In this document: piece after piece, positions 27,192 through 36,218 of the stretch
Numbering within the stretch: position 1 is the stretch's first letter
Layout of the letters: the number at the start of each line of letters is the position of its first letter
IMG/VR virus record: IMGVR_UViG_3300020477_000030
Span: 1 to 56,454 of that record
Direction: 5' to 3' (one strand)
Origin: a virus
Lineage: Duplodnaviria > Caudoviricetes
Length of the DNA stretch: 56,454 nucleotides
The notes under the pieces: generated by a model
What the model saw: the letters and a program-made list of their open reading frames with translations, nothing else
Told to the model about the DNA's origin: nothing
Database searches by the model: none
Program-made: the position numbers and the translations under genes

Positions 27192-27401
27192 ATGTCTAAA
27201 GAAAAAGTACATACTGAATCAGATCGCACTTATAATCCTATGAATCAACCAACGGCACCTCGTCCAAAACCAAAACCAAAATCTACAAAGAAAAAAATTT
27301 CTAAGCGTGGTGGTGGAGATTTTAAGATTGAAATGAAAATTCCTAAAGAAATGGTTAATCAAGGTGTAATGTATGGTTACAAAAAAGGTGGTCAAGTTTA
27401 A
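27192..27401 (+). CDS. small basic protein with GG motifs
   Basis: APRPKPKPK, KRGGG, ends YGYKKGGQV. Confidence 0.7.
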   Translation: MSKEKVHTESDRTYNPMNQPTAPRPKPKPKSTKKKISKRGGGDFKIEMKIPKEMVNQGVMYGYKKGGQV

Positions 27402-27424
27402 TATAATTATTATTAGGAAAAATA

Positions 27425-28099
27425 ATGGCAACTAGTGGTACATTTAATTTTAACCTTGATATAGACGAGGTTATACAAGAAGCAAGTGAAATGATCGGAG
27501 GAGAAAATACTCTTGGTCATGAACCTGCTTCTGCCAGACGTTCTATAAATCTGATGCTAACTGATTGGCAGAACAGAGGTGTTCTTCTATGGTCAACAGA
27601 AGTAACAGCCGTTACTGTTGCTGCTAGTGTTACATCTTATGCTTTAAGTAGTTCGACTGTAGATGCTTTAGAAGTAGTTGTAAATAGAGATAATACTGAT
27701 CTTCAATTAACTCGTATTTCATTTGAAGAATTTTTAATTATTCCTAATAAAACTCAAACAGGTAGGGCAACTCAATATACTATTAAACGAGATCGAGATA
27801 ATCCTACATTAAGTATATGGCCTATTCCTGATAACAGTACAGATATTTTAAAAATAGAGCGAATTAGTCAGTTACAAGATGTGAATAAATCAGCAGATCA
27901 AAATGCTGATCTTCCAAAAAGATTTTTACCTCCGTTGACTTGTGGTTTATCTTATTACATGGCAATGAAAAGACCTAATGTACCAAATGAAAAAATTGCA
28001 ATGTTAAAAGGAAACTATGAAGAACTTCTTTTACGAGCAATGGAAGAAGATAAAGAACGTGCAAGTATTTTCTTTAAACCTAAAATTAGGACTGTGTAA
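27425..28099 (+). CDS. probable tail adaptor/tubular protein A-like
   Basis: MATSGTFNF, ARRSINLML.DWQNRG, IWPIPD, P.RF.P.L..GL.YY.A pattern. Confidence 0.7.
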   Translation: MATSGTFNFNLDIDEVIQEASEMIGGENTLGHEPASARRSINLMLTDWQNRGVLLWSTEVTAVTVAASVTSYALSSSTVDALEVVVNRDNTDLQLTRISFEEFLIIPNKTQTGRATQYTIKRDRDNPTLSIWPIPDNSTDILKIERISQLQDVNKSADQNADLPKRFLPPLTCGLSYYMAMKRPNVPNEKIAMLKGNYEELLLRAMEEDKERASIFFKPKIRTV

Positions 28100-28401
28100 T
28101 GGCAACAGATCGTAAAGCTTTAGCAGTATGTGATATTTGTAATTTTAGATATCCACATAGATTAATGAAGCTTAATAGCTTTGGTTTATTAGTTTGTCCA
28201 GAAGATTATGAAGGTTCTTTTGATTTAAAGAATCATCCTCAAAATAAAATTCCTGATGTAAGAGATGATACAAAAATAAATAATCCTAGACCTGATTCAG
28301 GAGGTCGTAACCTAGTGTGGAATACAGCAAACTTACTTTGGGAAGGAACTCCCAATAATATGAGTGATCAAGTAGTTTCACCAGTTTGGAATAGCGCATG
28401 A
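28099..28401 (+). CDS. small tail-module protein with CxxC motif
   Basis: CDIC...VCPED...HPQ...PRPD. Confidence 0.7.
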   Translation: MATDRKALAVCDICNFRYPHRLMKLNSFGLLVCPEDYEGSFDLKNHPQNKIPDVRDDTKINNPRPDSGGRNLVWNTANLLWEGTPNNMSDQVVSPVWNSA

Positions 28402-30413
28402 GTGATTTTGATTTAACAGGTAAAAGAATAGCAGATACTTACAAAGGTTTACTTAAACTAGCTGTAAGTGGTAATGGTGCAGTATCTTCATCTTTAACTC
28501 AAGTTGAAGGAGGAGATGGAACTAATACAGCTTTACTTGTAGCTACTAGTGCTATACGAGTTGGAGGTGCTTTTGCAGTATCTTCTAGCACATCTATAGG
28601 TGGTTCTTTAAAAGTTAATGGAGATGTATGTGCAAGCTCTTACTTTGGCAGTGGGCGTCATCTTACTAGTATTATAGCAAGTGGAGATACATCTGTTAGT
28701 TCTCTTATTGTAGCTAATACTGCTACAATTGGAGGAACTCTTTCGGTAGGTGGAGCAGTTAATTTTTTAAGTACAGCGACTGTATCTGGTAATTCAGGAT
28801 TTCTAGGAACAGTACGTGTAAGCGGAGCTACATCACTTGAAGGTGCTGTTAAGATGAACAGTACAGCTACTGTAAGTGGAGCTACAGGATTTCTTGGAAC
28901 GGTTAGAGTAAGTGGTAATACAACTGTAGGCGGAACTCTGGATGTAGCAGGTAATACGTCAGTAGGAGGAACACTTATTACAACTGGAGCAGCAACATTT
29001 GATGATGATGTTTCAGTTTCAGGTAATGTTAATATAGGCGGTACAGCAACTGTTGCAGGAGCAGCATCTATTGGTGGGGCTGTATCAATTGGAGGAGCCG
29101 TTAATTTATTAAGTACTGCAACAGTATCAGGCGCAGCAGGATTCTTGGGATCTGTTCGAGTTAGTGGAGCTACCTCACTTGAAGGAGCTACAGTACTAGG
29201 ATCAACTGTTACTGTAGCAGGAGCAGGACATTTTAAAGACGATGTTTCTGTAAGTGGTAATCTTAATATTGGAGGTACAGTTACAATAGCAGGAGCAAAT
29301 GTACAAGCAACTAATGCTAAAGTATGTGCCAGTGCTTTCTTTGGTGATGGTTCTAATTTAAGTAATGTCCCTGCTGTTATTACAGGTAATATATCTGTTA
29401 GTAATATATTAGTAGGAGGAACTGCCACAGTATCTGGTGATGCTACATTTAAAACTAATGTATCTGTAAGTGGTAATTTAGTTGTAGGAGGAACTACAAC
29501 AATAGTAGGTGCAGCTTCTATAGGAGGGGCTGTATCAATAGGAGGTGCAGTTAATCTTCTTAGTACAGCCACAGTATCTGGTGCAACAGGTTTCCTTGGA
29601 ACTGTAAGAGTTAGTGGTAATACTACAGTAGGTGGTACATTAGATGTAGCTGGTAATACCTCAGTAGGTGGAACATTTATATCTACTGGTGCAGCCACAT
29701 TCGATGATGATGTATCTGTATCAGGTAATGTTAATATTGGTGGAACAGCTACCGTAGCAGGGGCAGCTTCTATAGGAGGAGCAGTATCTATAGGAGGTGC
29801 TGTAAATCTTTTAAGTACAGCTACTGTTAGCGGTGCTACAGGATTTTTAGGAACAGTACGTGTAAGCGGTAATACAACTATCGGAGGCACGTTAGATGTA
29901 AATGGTAATACTTCTATAGGAGGTACATTCCTAGCTACAGGTGCAGCTACTTTTGACGATGATGCTTCTGTATCAGGAAATTTAAATGTTGGAGGTACAG
30001 CTACTATAGGAGGAGCAGCATTAATTACAGGTAATGTAAGTCTTGGTGGTCAATTCTTTTTAGCTAAGTCAGGAGCAGCAGCTATATCAGCAACAGCTAT
30101 TAATGGTATTACTTCTGTTTCATTAAACTTTTCTAATGCTCAAAATTTTCTTACAACAGTTACAGCCGCACATACATTAGCTAGACCAACAAACGCAACT
30201 AAGGGACAAACAGGAAGTATTTTCTTTGTACAATCAGGAGGTAGTGGAACATTAGCATATAATACTTGTTGGAAATTTATTGGAGCTAGTGTTCCTACTT
30301 TTGCTACAAGTAATGGAGCAGTATCTAGATTAGATTATATTGTTGTATCAATATCTAGTGACAGTACTGGTGAAAATATACATGCAATTTTAACAAATGA
30401 ATATGGACGTTAA
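28398..30413 (+). CDS. tail fibre with hexapeptide beta-helix repeats
   Basis: G/S/T/V/A-rich 6-residue periodicity with an 84-aa super-repeat; C-terminal GQTG...WKF.G..P adaptor-like domain. Confidence 0.8.
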   Translation: MSDFDLTGKRIADTYKGLLKLAVSGNGAVSSSLTQVEGGDGTNTALLVATSAIRVGGAFAVSSSTSIGGSLKVNGDVCASSYFGSGRHLTSIIASGDTSVSSLIVANTATIGGTLSVGGAVNFLSTATVSGNSGFLGTVRVSGATSLEGAVKMNSTATVSGATGFLGTVRVSGNTTVGGTLDVAGNTSVGGTLITTGAATFDDDVSVSGNVNIGGTATVAGAASIGGAVSIGGAVNLLSTATVSGAAGFLGSVRVSGATSLEGATVLGSTVTVAGAGHFKDDVSVSGNLNIGGTVTIAGANVQATNAKVCASAFFGDGSNLSNVPAVITGNISVSNILVGGTATVSGDATFKTNVSVSGNLVVGGTTTIVGAASIGGAVSIGGAVNLLSTATVSGATGFLGTVRVSGNTTVGGTLDVAGNTSVGGTFISTGAATFDDDVSVSGNVNIGGTATVAGAASIGGAVSIGGAVNLLSTATVSGATGFLGTVRVSGNTTIGGTLDVNGNTSIGGTFLATGAATFDDDASVSGNLNVGGTATIGGAALITGNVSLGGQFFLAKSGAAAISATAINGITSVSLNFSNAQNFLTTVTAAHTLARPTNATKGQTGSIFFVQSGGSGTLAYNTCWKFIGASVPTFATSNGAVSRLDYIVVSISSDSTGENIHAILTNEYGR

Positions 30414-30415
30414 TT

Positions 30416-33400
30416 ATGGTTTTTTCTAATAATTTACTTTTTGCAGCAGCAGCAGCAGCTTCAGACGATTCTGGATTTAATACTTCATTAATTAGTAATT
30501 CAGTTTGGTTTGACTCTGGCGATTTCCTAACGCAAGATACAGCAGAAGCTAATTCTGGTCGTAAAGAAGCAATATTTTCAACATGGATACAAAGAACAAA
30601 ACTTGGCGAACAAGGCATGATGATGTGTGTCAACGGTAGTAATTCTAATGATTATCTAGTATTAGATTTTCAGGCAGATGACACTTTACGGTTGCTTGCC
30701 TATGCAACAACGATTTTAGTTACAACTCAAGTTTTCCGAGACATTGGTTGGTATCACATTCTTGTTACAATTGATACCTCACAAAACGGCAATGACAGTC
30801 AAAAGATTTTTGTAAACGGTACTGAAATAACCACCTTCTCAACTCGTAATAATTTTGGCTCAAGTGCCGACATTGCTTGGGGCAGGAACGCTACTCATTT
30901 GGTAAATAGTTCTCCAACATCCGTTGGATCAAATCAAATGATTGGGTATATGGCACAAACGGCGTTGATTACCGATAAGTCATTTCAACAAGGTGATTTT
31001 AGTATAACAGATTTTTTAGATACGTTTACATTGGGTACAAATGGCTCCCAGTTTATTCCAAAAGCTGATGGTGACATTGCAACTATTGCAGGTACTGGAG
31101 GTAATAATTCTTTTTCTTTTGACTTTTCAAATAGCTCTGATCTTGGAAACGATACTAGTGGAAATAATAATGATTTTACAGCTACCAGTATGGCAGCGGC
31201 GAATCAAACAGAACATACTCCAAGTTTGTCATATCCAGTCTTCAATGTGCTTTGTCCTAAGTTTATAGACGGTGGAACATGGACTGTAGGTAATACAAAA
31301 ATGGTTTCAACTAGCGAACAAACCAATGCAATTGGAACTTTACCGCCAGTATCAACTGGAAAATATTATTATCAGTGGGTCTTTACAGACAATGCTACCA
31401 GTGGAAATTGTAGACTTGGAATGACTCCAATTGATAATTGGGACGGCGAAACCATTGATCCAATTGCTTCTGGTGATATATTTATGGCGGATCATCGAAA
31501 CGCATTATTTAGAAAAGGTTCGACAACGGTAACTAGTATTTTAGGGTCGTCAGGTACGTATGCTTTAGCTTTTGACCTTGATGCGGGCAAGGTGTGGGTT
31601 GGATCGGTTGACACAAGTGATGGTAGTATTGACTGGTTTAATTCAAGCGGTGGGACAGATGGTGACCCCGCAAACGGCACTAACCCAACGGCGACTTTTA
31701 CAGCAAATACTGTGATGATTCCTTTCGCCATGTTGGGCAAAGCTTCTGGAACTAGTTGGACTATCGAATGGAATTTTGGTCAATTTGGATTTGGCAATAG
31801 TGATGTGCCGACTGGATTTAAAAAGCTTAATTCTAAAAATCTAACCGCTCCAGAGTTTCAAGGAATAGACTATTTTGATACTACTCTTTATGAGGGTAAT
31901 GGCAAAGGTCAACGAGTAGGTGACTTTGTTCCGTTCACTGACTCAGAGACTGTGGCAAATTCAATTATATTTAATGATGATGACGGTGCTTTTCTTAATC
32001 GTACCTACGGCACTGCAACAGCAGCAACTAAGTTCACATTTTCATGTTGGTTTAAAGTTGGTAGTGGCACAGGTGATCAGTATCTTATATCAACAGGAAC
32101 AGATAATGCTTCTGAAGGATACATTGCTCTCAATTTCAGTACAGGTGGTGGTCAAATCTGGATAGCTGACCCTAACGATGGTGCTGGTTTTGGTGCAAGA
32201 ACTAATGCATTATTTATAGATCCTAGTCAGTGGTATCATCTCTGTGTAGGAGTTGATACTACGGCAGGTAGTGGATCAAGAGTTAAACTTGAAGTCAATG
32301 GTATTGAACACACACTTCTTACTCTTTTTGGATCTGCTACAGAACCATCATCTTCTCAATCTATGAACCTAAATGAAGGCAATGCTTTCAATATTGGCAG
32401 ACGGCTAAGAACATCTGGTGACTTATTTGATGGCTATCTTGCAAATGTATTTTTTATAGATGGTCAAAAGAAAGCTGCATCTGATTTTGGACAGTTAGAT
32501 ACAAGTACTAACCGTTGGATACCAAAAGCCTATACTGGTACTTTTGGTAATAACGGATATAAACTGGCATTTGGCACTGCACCTGGAACTGGAAGCGGTG
32601 CTGGAACTGATACATCTGGCGAAGGTCATAACTGGACAGAAAATAATTTTACTGCCAGTGACCAGATGATAGATACCCCTACTAAAAACTTTACAACATT
32701 TGATCCAGGATATTCTGGTGGTGGTAGTAATGTTTGGACTGAAGGCAACACAAAAGTAAAAGGTACAGACGGTTCTCTTTCAGATGCTTCAACAACAACA
32801 TTCGGAATGACAGGTAAAGTTGTATTTCAATTTCAAGTGAATACAGTTGCTAACGATTATCCACAGTGTGGATTTATAACCAGTCAAGCGGGATTAGAAG
32901 ATATAAATGCTACCTCTGGTTCTATTCAGTTAGGAACCTCTTCTGTTGCTGGTAGTTTTAAGTATGATGCTATTGGTAACTTTTTTATACCAGCTGGGCC
33001 AGAAGCTACTATATTTGATTCAGTATCAAGTTTACAAGCTTTAGATGCTGACGATGTTCTTCGTTATGAAATAGACACTGACGCTGGCACTGTAAAAGTA
33101 TTTTTCCAAAATGAAGGCTCTGGTTCTTTCACAGAAATTACTGGAGCAAGGGTAACTAACTTTCCTTTTGATCCAATTTTTGGAGTACGTCCTGCTGTTT
33201 CAAACTACAATAATAGTATAGTAACTTTACAAACAGGTGGACAGACAACATTATCAAGCGTAACAACAGACTTTAAAGAAATTAATCAAGATAACTTAGA
33301 TGATACTGCTTCTAAAATTACAGCACTAGCATGGATAAAAAACAGGGATTCTACTGACTCACATGTTTTAGTAGATCGAATTAGAGGGGTCGGCGAAGTA

Positions 33401-34303
33401 CAGCATTCTAACGAAGCTGTCGCTGATGCAACCGAAGTTAATACTATAAAAAGGTTTTTCCAAAGAGGTGTGCAAGTTGGTAGTGATGTACAAGTAAATA
33501 CTGCTACTGAAAGCTATGTTCTGTGGCAGTGGCTTCTTGGTGATAGCGCGACTACAGGAGCAACGCTTAGTGGTGGTAGCCCAGATATCACTTCGACAGG
33601 AATTGTTGCGGATACAGGCCATTTTTCGGTTGGTGTATACGAAGGATCAGGGACTGACGATGACGACATTTCGCATGGTTTAGGTGGAACAATTGAGATG
33701 TTACTCGTCAAGCATTTTGCTGCCGACACAGATGATTGGATGGTTTGGCATAAAGATTTATCCAGTAACTCTCACCAATTACATCTAAATGAGGCTAATG
33801 CTGAAGATACCACAAAAAATGCTTGGGGTAGTAATCCAGTTTTTGATGCAAATGTTTTTCGGGTTGGAGCTACGGATGAAACAAATAAAGACAGTACGGG
33901 AAATTCGCATGTTTTTTACGCATTTCGTTCAATTAATGGTGTGTGTAAGGTAGGAAGCTATACTGGAACTGGTAGTGCCACCGCAGGACCATATGTTCCA
34001 CTTGGTTTTAAACCTAGATGGATCATGTTAAAAAATGCTTCTGTCGCTCGAGATTGGGTTATTGTTGATACAGCAAGAACACCCATAAACACTGCTGAAA
34101 AATTCTTGTTCCCTAACTTAAATATTGCAGAAGCTGCAAGAGGATCAGCGAGTGGGAGTGATTATGATATAGATATATTATCAGATGCTTTCCGTCCCTT
34201 AACAGGAGATAGCGCACCTAATGGTGACGGCAATACGATTATATATATAGCAATGGCAGATATAGGTGGTAACGGGACACTACCTCCTATATATAGTAGA
34301 TAA
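30416..34303 (+). CDS. receptor-binding/adhesin protein with duplicated LamG (ConA-like) and SPRY-like modules
   Basis: FSTW..R / FSCW.K and WYH..V..DT (LamG); TGKYYY, AFDLDAGKVW, NFGQ (SPRY-like); C-terminal GSYTG.G...LGFKPRWIMLK domain. Confidence 0.8.
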   Translation: MVFSNNLLFAAAAAASDDSGFNTSLISNSVWFDSGDFLTQDTAEANSGRKEAIFSTWIQRTKLGEQGMMMCVNGSNSNDYLVLDFQADDTLRLLAYATTILVTTQVFRDIGWYHILVTIDTSQNGNDSQKIFVNGTEITTFSTRNNFGSSADIAWGRNATHLVNSSPTSVGSNQMIGYMAQTALITDKSFQQGDFSITDFLDTFTLGTNGSQFIPKADGDIATIAGTGGNNSFSFDFSNSSDLGNDTSGNNNDFTATSMAAANQTEHTPSLSYPVFNVLCPKFIDGGTWTVGNTKMVSTSEQTNAIGTLPPVSTGKYYYQWVFTDNATSGNCRLGMTPIDNWDGETIDPIASGDIFMADHRNALFRKGSTTVTSILGSSGTYALAFDLDAGKVWVGSVDTSDGSIDWFNSSGGTDGDPANGTNPTATFTANTVMIPFAMLGKASGTSWTIEWNFGQFGFGNSDVPTGFKKLNSKNLTAPEFQGIDYFDTTLYEGNGKGQRVGDFVPFTDSETVANSIIFNDDDGAFLNRTYGTATAATKFTFSCWFKVGSGTGDQYLISTGTDNASEGYIALNFSTGGGQIWIADPNDGAGFGARTNALFIDPSQWYHLCVGVDTTAGSGSRVKLEVNGIEHTLLTLFGSATEPSSSQSMNLNEGNAFNIGRRLRTSGDLFDGYLANVFFIDGQKKAASDFGQLDTSTNRWIPKAYTGTFGNNGYKLAFGTAPGTGSGAGTDTSGEGHNWTENNFTASDQMIDTPTKNFTTFDPGYSGGGSNVWTEGNTKVKGTDGSLSDASTTTFGMTGKVVFQFQVNTVANDYPQCGFITSQAGLEDINATSGSIQLGTSSVAGSFKYDAIGNFFIPAGPEATIFDSVSSLQALDADDVLRYEIDTDAGTVKVFFQNEGSGSFTEITGARVTNFPFDPIFGVRPAVSNYNNSIVTLQTGGQTTLSSVTTDFKEINQDNLDDTASKITALAWIKNRDSTDSHVLVDRIRGVGEVQHSNEAVADATEVNTIKRFFQRGVQVGSDVQVNTATESYVLWQWLLGDSATTGATLSGGSPDITSTGIVADTGHFSVGVYEGSGTDDDDISHGLGGTIEMLLVKHFAADTDDWMVWHKDLSSNSHQLHLNEANAEDTTKNAWGSNPVFDANVFRVGATDETNKDSTGNSHVFYAFRSINGVCKVGSYTGTGSATAGPYVPLGFKPRWIMLKNASVARDWVIVDTARTPINTAEKFLFPNLNIAEAARGSASGSDYDIDILSDAFRPLTGDSAPNGDGNTIIYIAMADIGGNGTLPPIYSR

Positions 34304-34324
34304 TCCAAGAAAGGAAAACAGACT

Positions 34325-34861
34325 ATGTGGGCAAGAATTATGGGTAATCAATTGGTGGAAATTATTAATCGTCCAAAACCAATGGTTATAAATAATGTTC
34401 AATATTCTACAGCAATTTTTAGTTCTGCTTGGTCTAATGAAGATCGTAAAGCTATTGGTATTGTTCCTTATGAATATATTGGTTCAGGAGTAGACAATAT
34501 GTTTTATTCTTCTTCTGAATCTTCTCCAGAAGTTCAAGCAGATAAAGTTGTAGTTACTAAAACAAAGACTGCTAGAGATATAGATGAGATTAAAACTACA
34601 ATGAAACAACATGTAGTTAATATTCTTAAAAGTTATTTAGAACAAACTGATTGGATTATTATTAGAGAAAAAGATAATGGTACTGCAAAACCATCAGACC
34701 TTGCCAAGTGGAGAGATGATCTTAGAGTCAAAGCTAAAGCTTTAGAAACTGCTATTGATAGTAAAGGAGATGTAGCTAGTCTAGAAGCTATGACTATAAG
34801 TGCAGAAGAGGGAAAAATAGCAGAGTTTAATGATTGGCCTTCTAATCCAAGAGCAGGATAA
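34325..34861 (+). CDS. tail fibre assembly chaperone-like protein
   Basis: LEQTDW...WRDDLR...DWPSNP motif; follows the adhesin gene. Confidence 0.7.
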   Translation: MWARIMGNQLVEIINRPKPMVINNVQYSTAIFSSAWSNEDRKAIGIVPYEYIGSGVDNMFYSSSESSPEVQADKVVVTKTKTARDIDEIKTTMKQHVVNILKSYLEQTDWIIIREKDNGTAKPSDLAKWRDDLRVKAKALETAIDSKGDVASLEAMTISAEEGKIAEFNDWPSNPRAG

Positions 34862-35289
34862 TGAAGTTTTTAACTATTATAATAATAGGATTTTTATTAA
34901 CTATATTACCTAGTTGTGCAGCATCTAAAGATACTATTGTTAATACAGTTCCTGTAAATAATAAAAAGATAAAGCAGGAAACATGGAAACAAGGAGATAT
35001 AGTTGCAGCGTTTATTGTATGTAAAACTGAAAAAGATATTATGGAAATTGCTTTTGCAGATTCACTAGGGGAACCAGAAATTTTAAATAAAATTCTTGAA
35101 AAGAAAGTTTCAAAAAAATGTATTCAGTTTCAACCACCAATTCCCTTTTTAGTAATAGATGTATTAGGTAGTTATTTAGACTATAAAAAAATAGAGACAA
35201 GTATATTAAAAATAAAAAGCAAATGGAATGAACAACTAGTAGGTTATGTTATAGTTGCAGGAAAACCAGCGAAGGATAAAGGAATTTAA
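34861..35289 (+). CDS. putative lipoprotein
   Basis: MK + hydrophobic stretch + LPSC lipobox-like motif. Confidence 0.55.
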   Translation: MKFLTIIIIGFLLTILPSCAASKDTIVNTVPVNNKKIKQETWKQGDIVAAFIVCKTEKDIMEIAFADSLGEPEILNKILEKKVSKKCIQFQPPIPFLVIDVLGSYLDYKKIETSILKIKSKWNEQLVGYVIVAGKPAKDKGI

Positions 35290-35291
35290 TA

Positions 35292-36215
35292 ATGGCGAGT
35301 ACATTTACAACCAATATACGCCTTAATAAACAAGGGGATGGTGATAATCCTAATAGTTGGGGGCAAGTATTAAATGATGGCGTTATTAGTTTAACAGATC
35401 AGGCTATTGCAGGAATAGCTACGATTAGTGTAGGCGCTACAACATCTGTAACTTTAACGTCTAATAATGGTTCAGGAGATCAAGCACGATCTGCTATTCT
35501 TCATATTAAAGGAACGGTAGGAGGAAGCCATAATACTATCTCTCTTGTTATTCCAGGTAATACCAAACACTATTTAATTAATAATGCAGTTTCTGCTAAT
35601 ACAACGGCAAGTGACATTATTAAAATTAAAACTGCTGCTGGTGATGGTTTTGATGTGCCTCTAGGAGGTATAGGATGGGTTTATTGTGATGCTACTTCTG
35701 TTCGACCTACTAATACTAAAGGATTTAATTTAGGTACAGCAGCAAGTGCAGACATTGGTGTTTGTGCTACTAATATACCTGATACATCTTTAGCTGATCT
35801 TAGATATCTTAGAACTTCTGTAACGGTTAATACAACGCTATTAGGAACAAAGACTATACGAGATGGACAGTTTGTTATTGGTACATCTGCTAGGGCTGTA
35901 AATCCAATAACAACATTAACTGATGCTACTTCTATTGCTGTTGATTTATTAGGAGGTAATAACTTCTTGGTAACTCTTGGAGGCAATAGAACTTTAGCTG
36001 CTCCTTCTAATGCAACAGCAGGACAGACAGGGCTTATCTATGTTATTCAAGATGGTACAGGTAATCGAACTCTTGGATATAATACTGTTTATAAATTTGT
36101 AAGTGGATCAATTCCTGTTTTAACAACAACTTCAGGCGCAGTTGATATGTTAATATATAGTGCAAGAAGTGCTACTACTATTGATGCTGTAATGCTTCAT
36201 GACTTTAAGAGATAA
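35292..36215 (+). CDS. tail fibre/spike protein
   Basis: N-terminal G.N.NSWG anchor motif; C-terminal domain similar to that of 28398..30413. Confidence 0.7.
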   Translation: MASTFTTNIRLNKQGDGDNPNSWGQVLNDGVISLTDQAIAGIATISVGATTSVTLTSNNGSGDQARSAILHIKGTVGGSHNTISLVIPGNTKHYLINNAVSANTTASDIIKIKTAAGDGFDVPLGGIGWVYCDATSVRPTNTKGFNLGTAASADIGVCATNIPDTSLADLRYLRTSVTVNTTLLGTKTIRDGQFVIGTSARAVNPITTLTDATSIAVDLLGGNNFLVTLGGNRTLAAPSNATAGQTGLIYVIQDGTGNRTLGYNTVYKFVSGSIPVLTTTSGAVDMLIYSARSATTIDAVMLHDFKR

Positions 36216-36218
36216 CTC

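Larger units (their letters stand above)
26271..27194 (+). repeat. three degenerate ~74-nt gene-junction repeats (26271..26344, ~26477..26550, 27121..27194)
   Basis: Each encodes the end of a gene (..GG..V(A/S)SLYD), the TAA stop, the AGGA RBS and the next ATG. Confidence 0.75.

Noticed and set aside
26271-27194. Junction repeats as a CRISPR array or integron attC sites
   Set aside because: Repeats are degenerate, protein-coding and unevenly spaced by whole genes; no palindromic attC structure, cas gene or integrase
28658-29890. 410-aa antisense ORF
   Set aside because: Shadow of the repetitive G/S/T/V/A fibre gene, whose codons rarely give reverse-strand stops; no RBS or independent signal
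30416-34303. Diversity-generating retroelement target in the adhesin
   Set aside because: No reverse transcriptase and no adenine-specific TR/VR repeat pair seen
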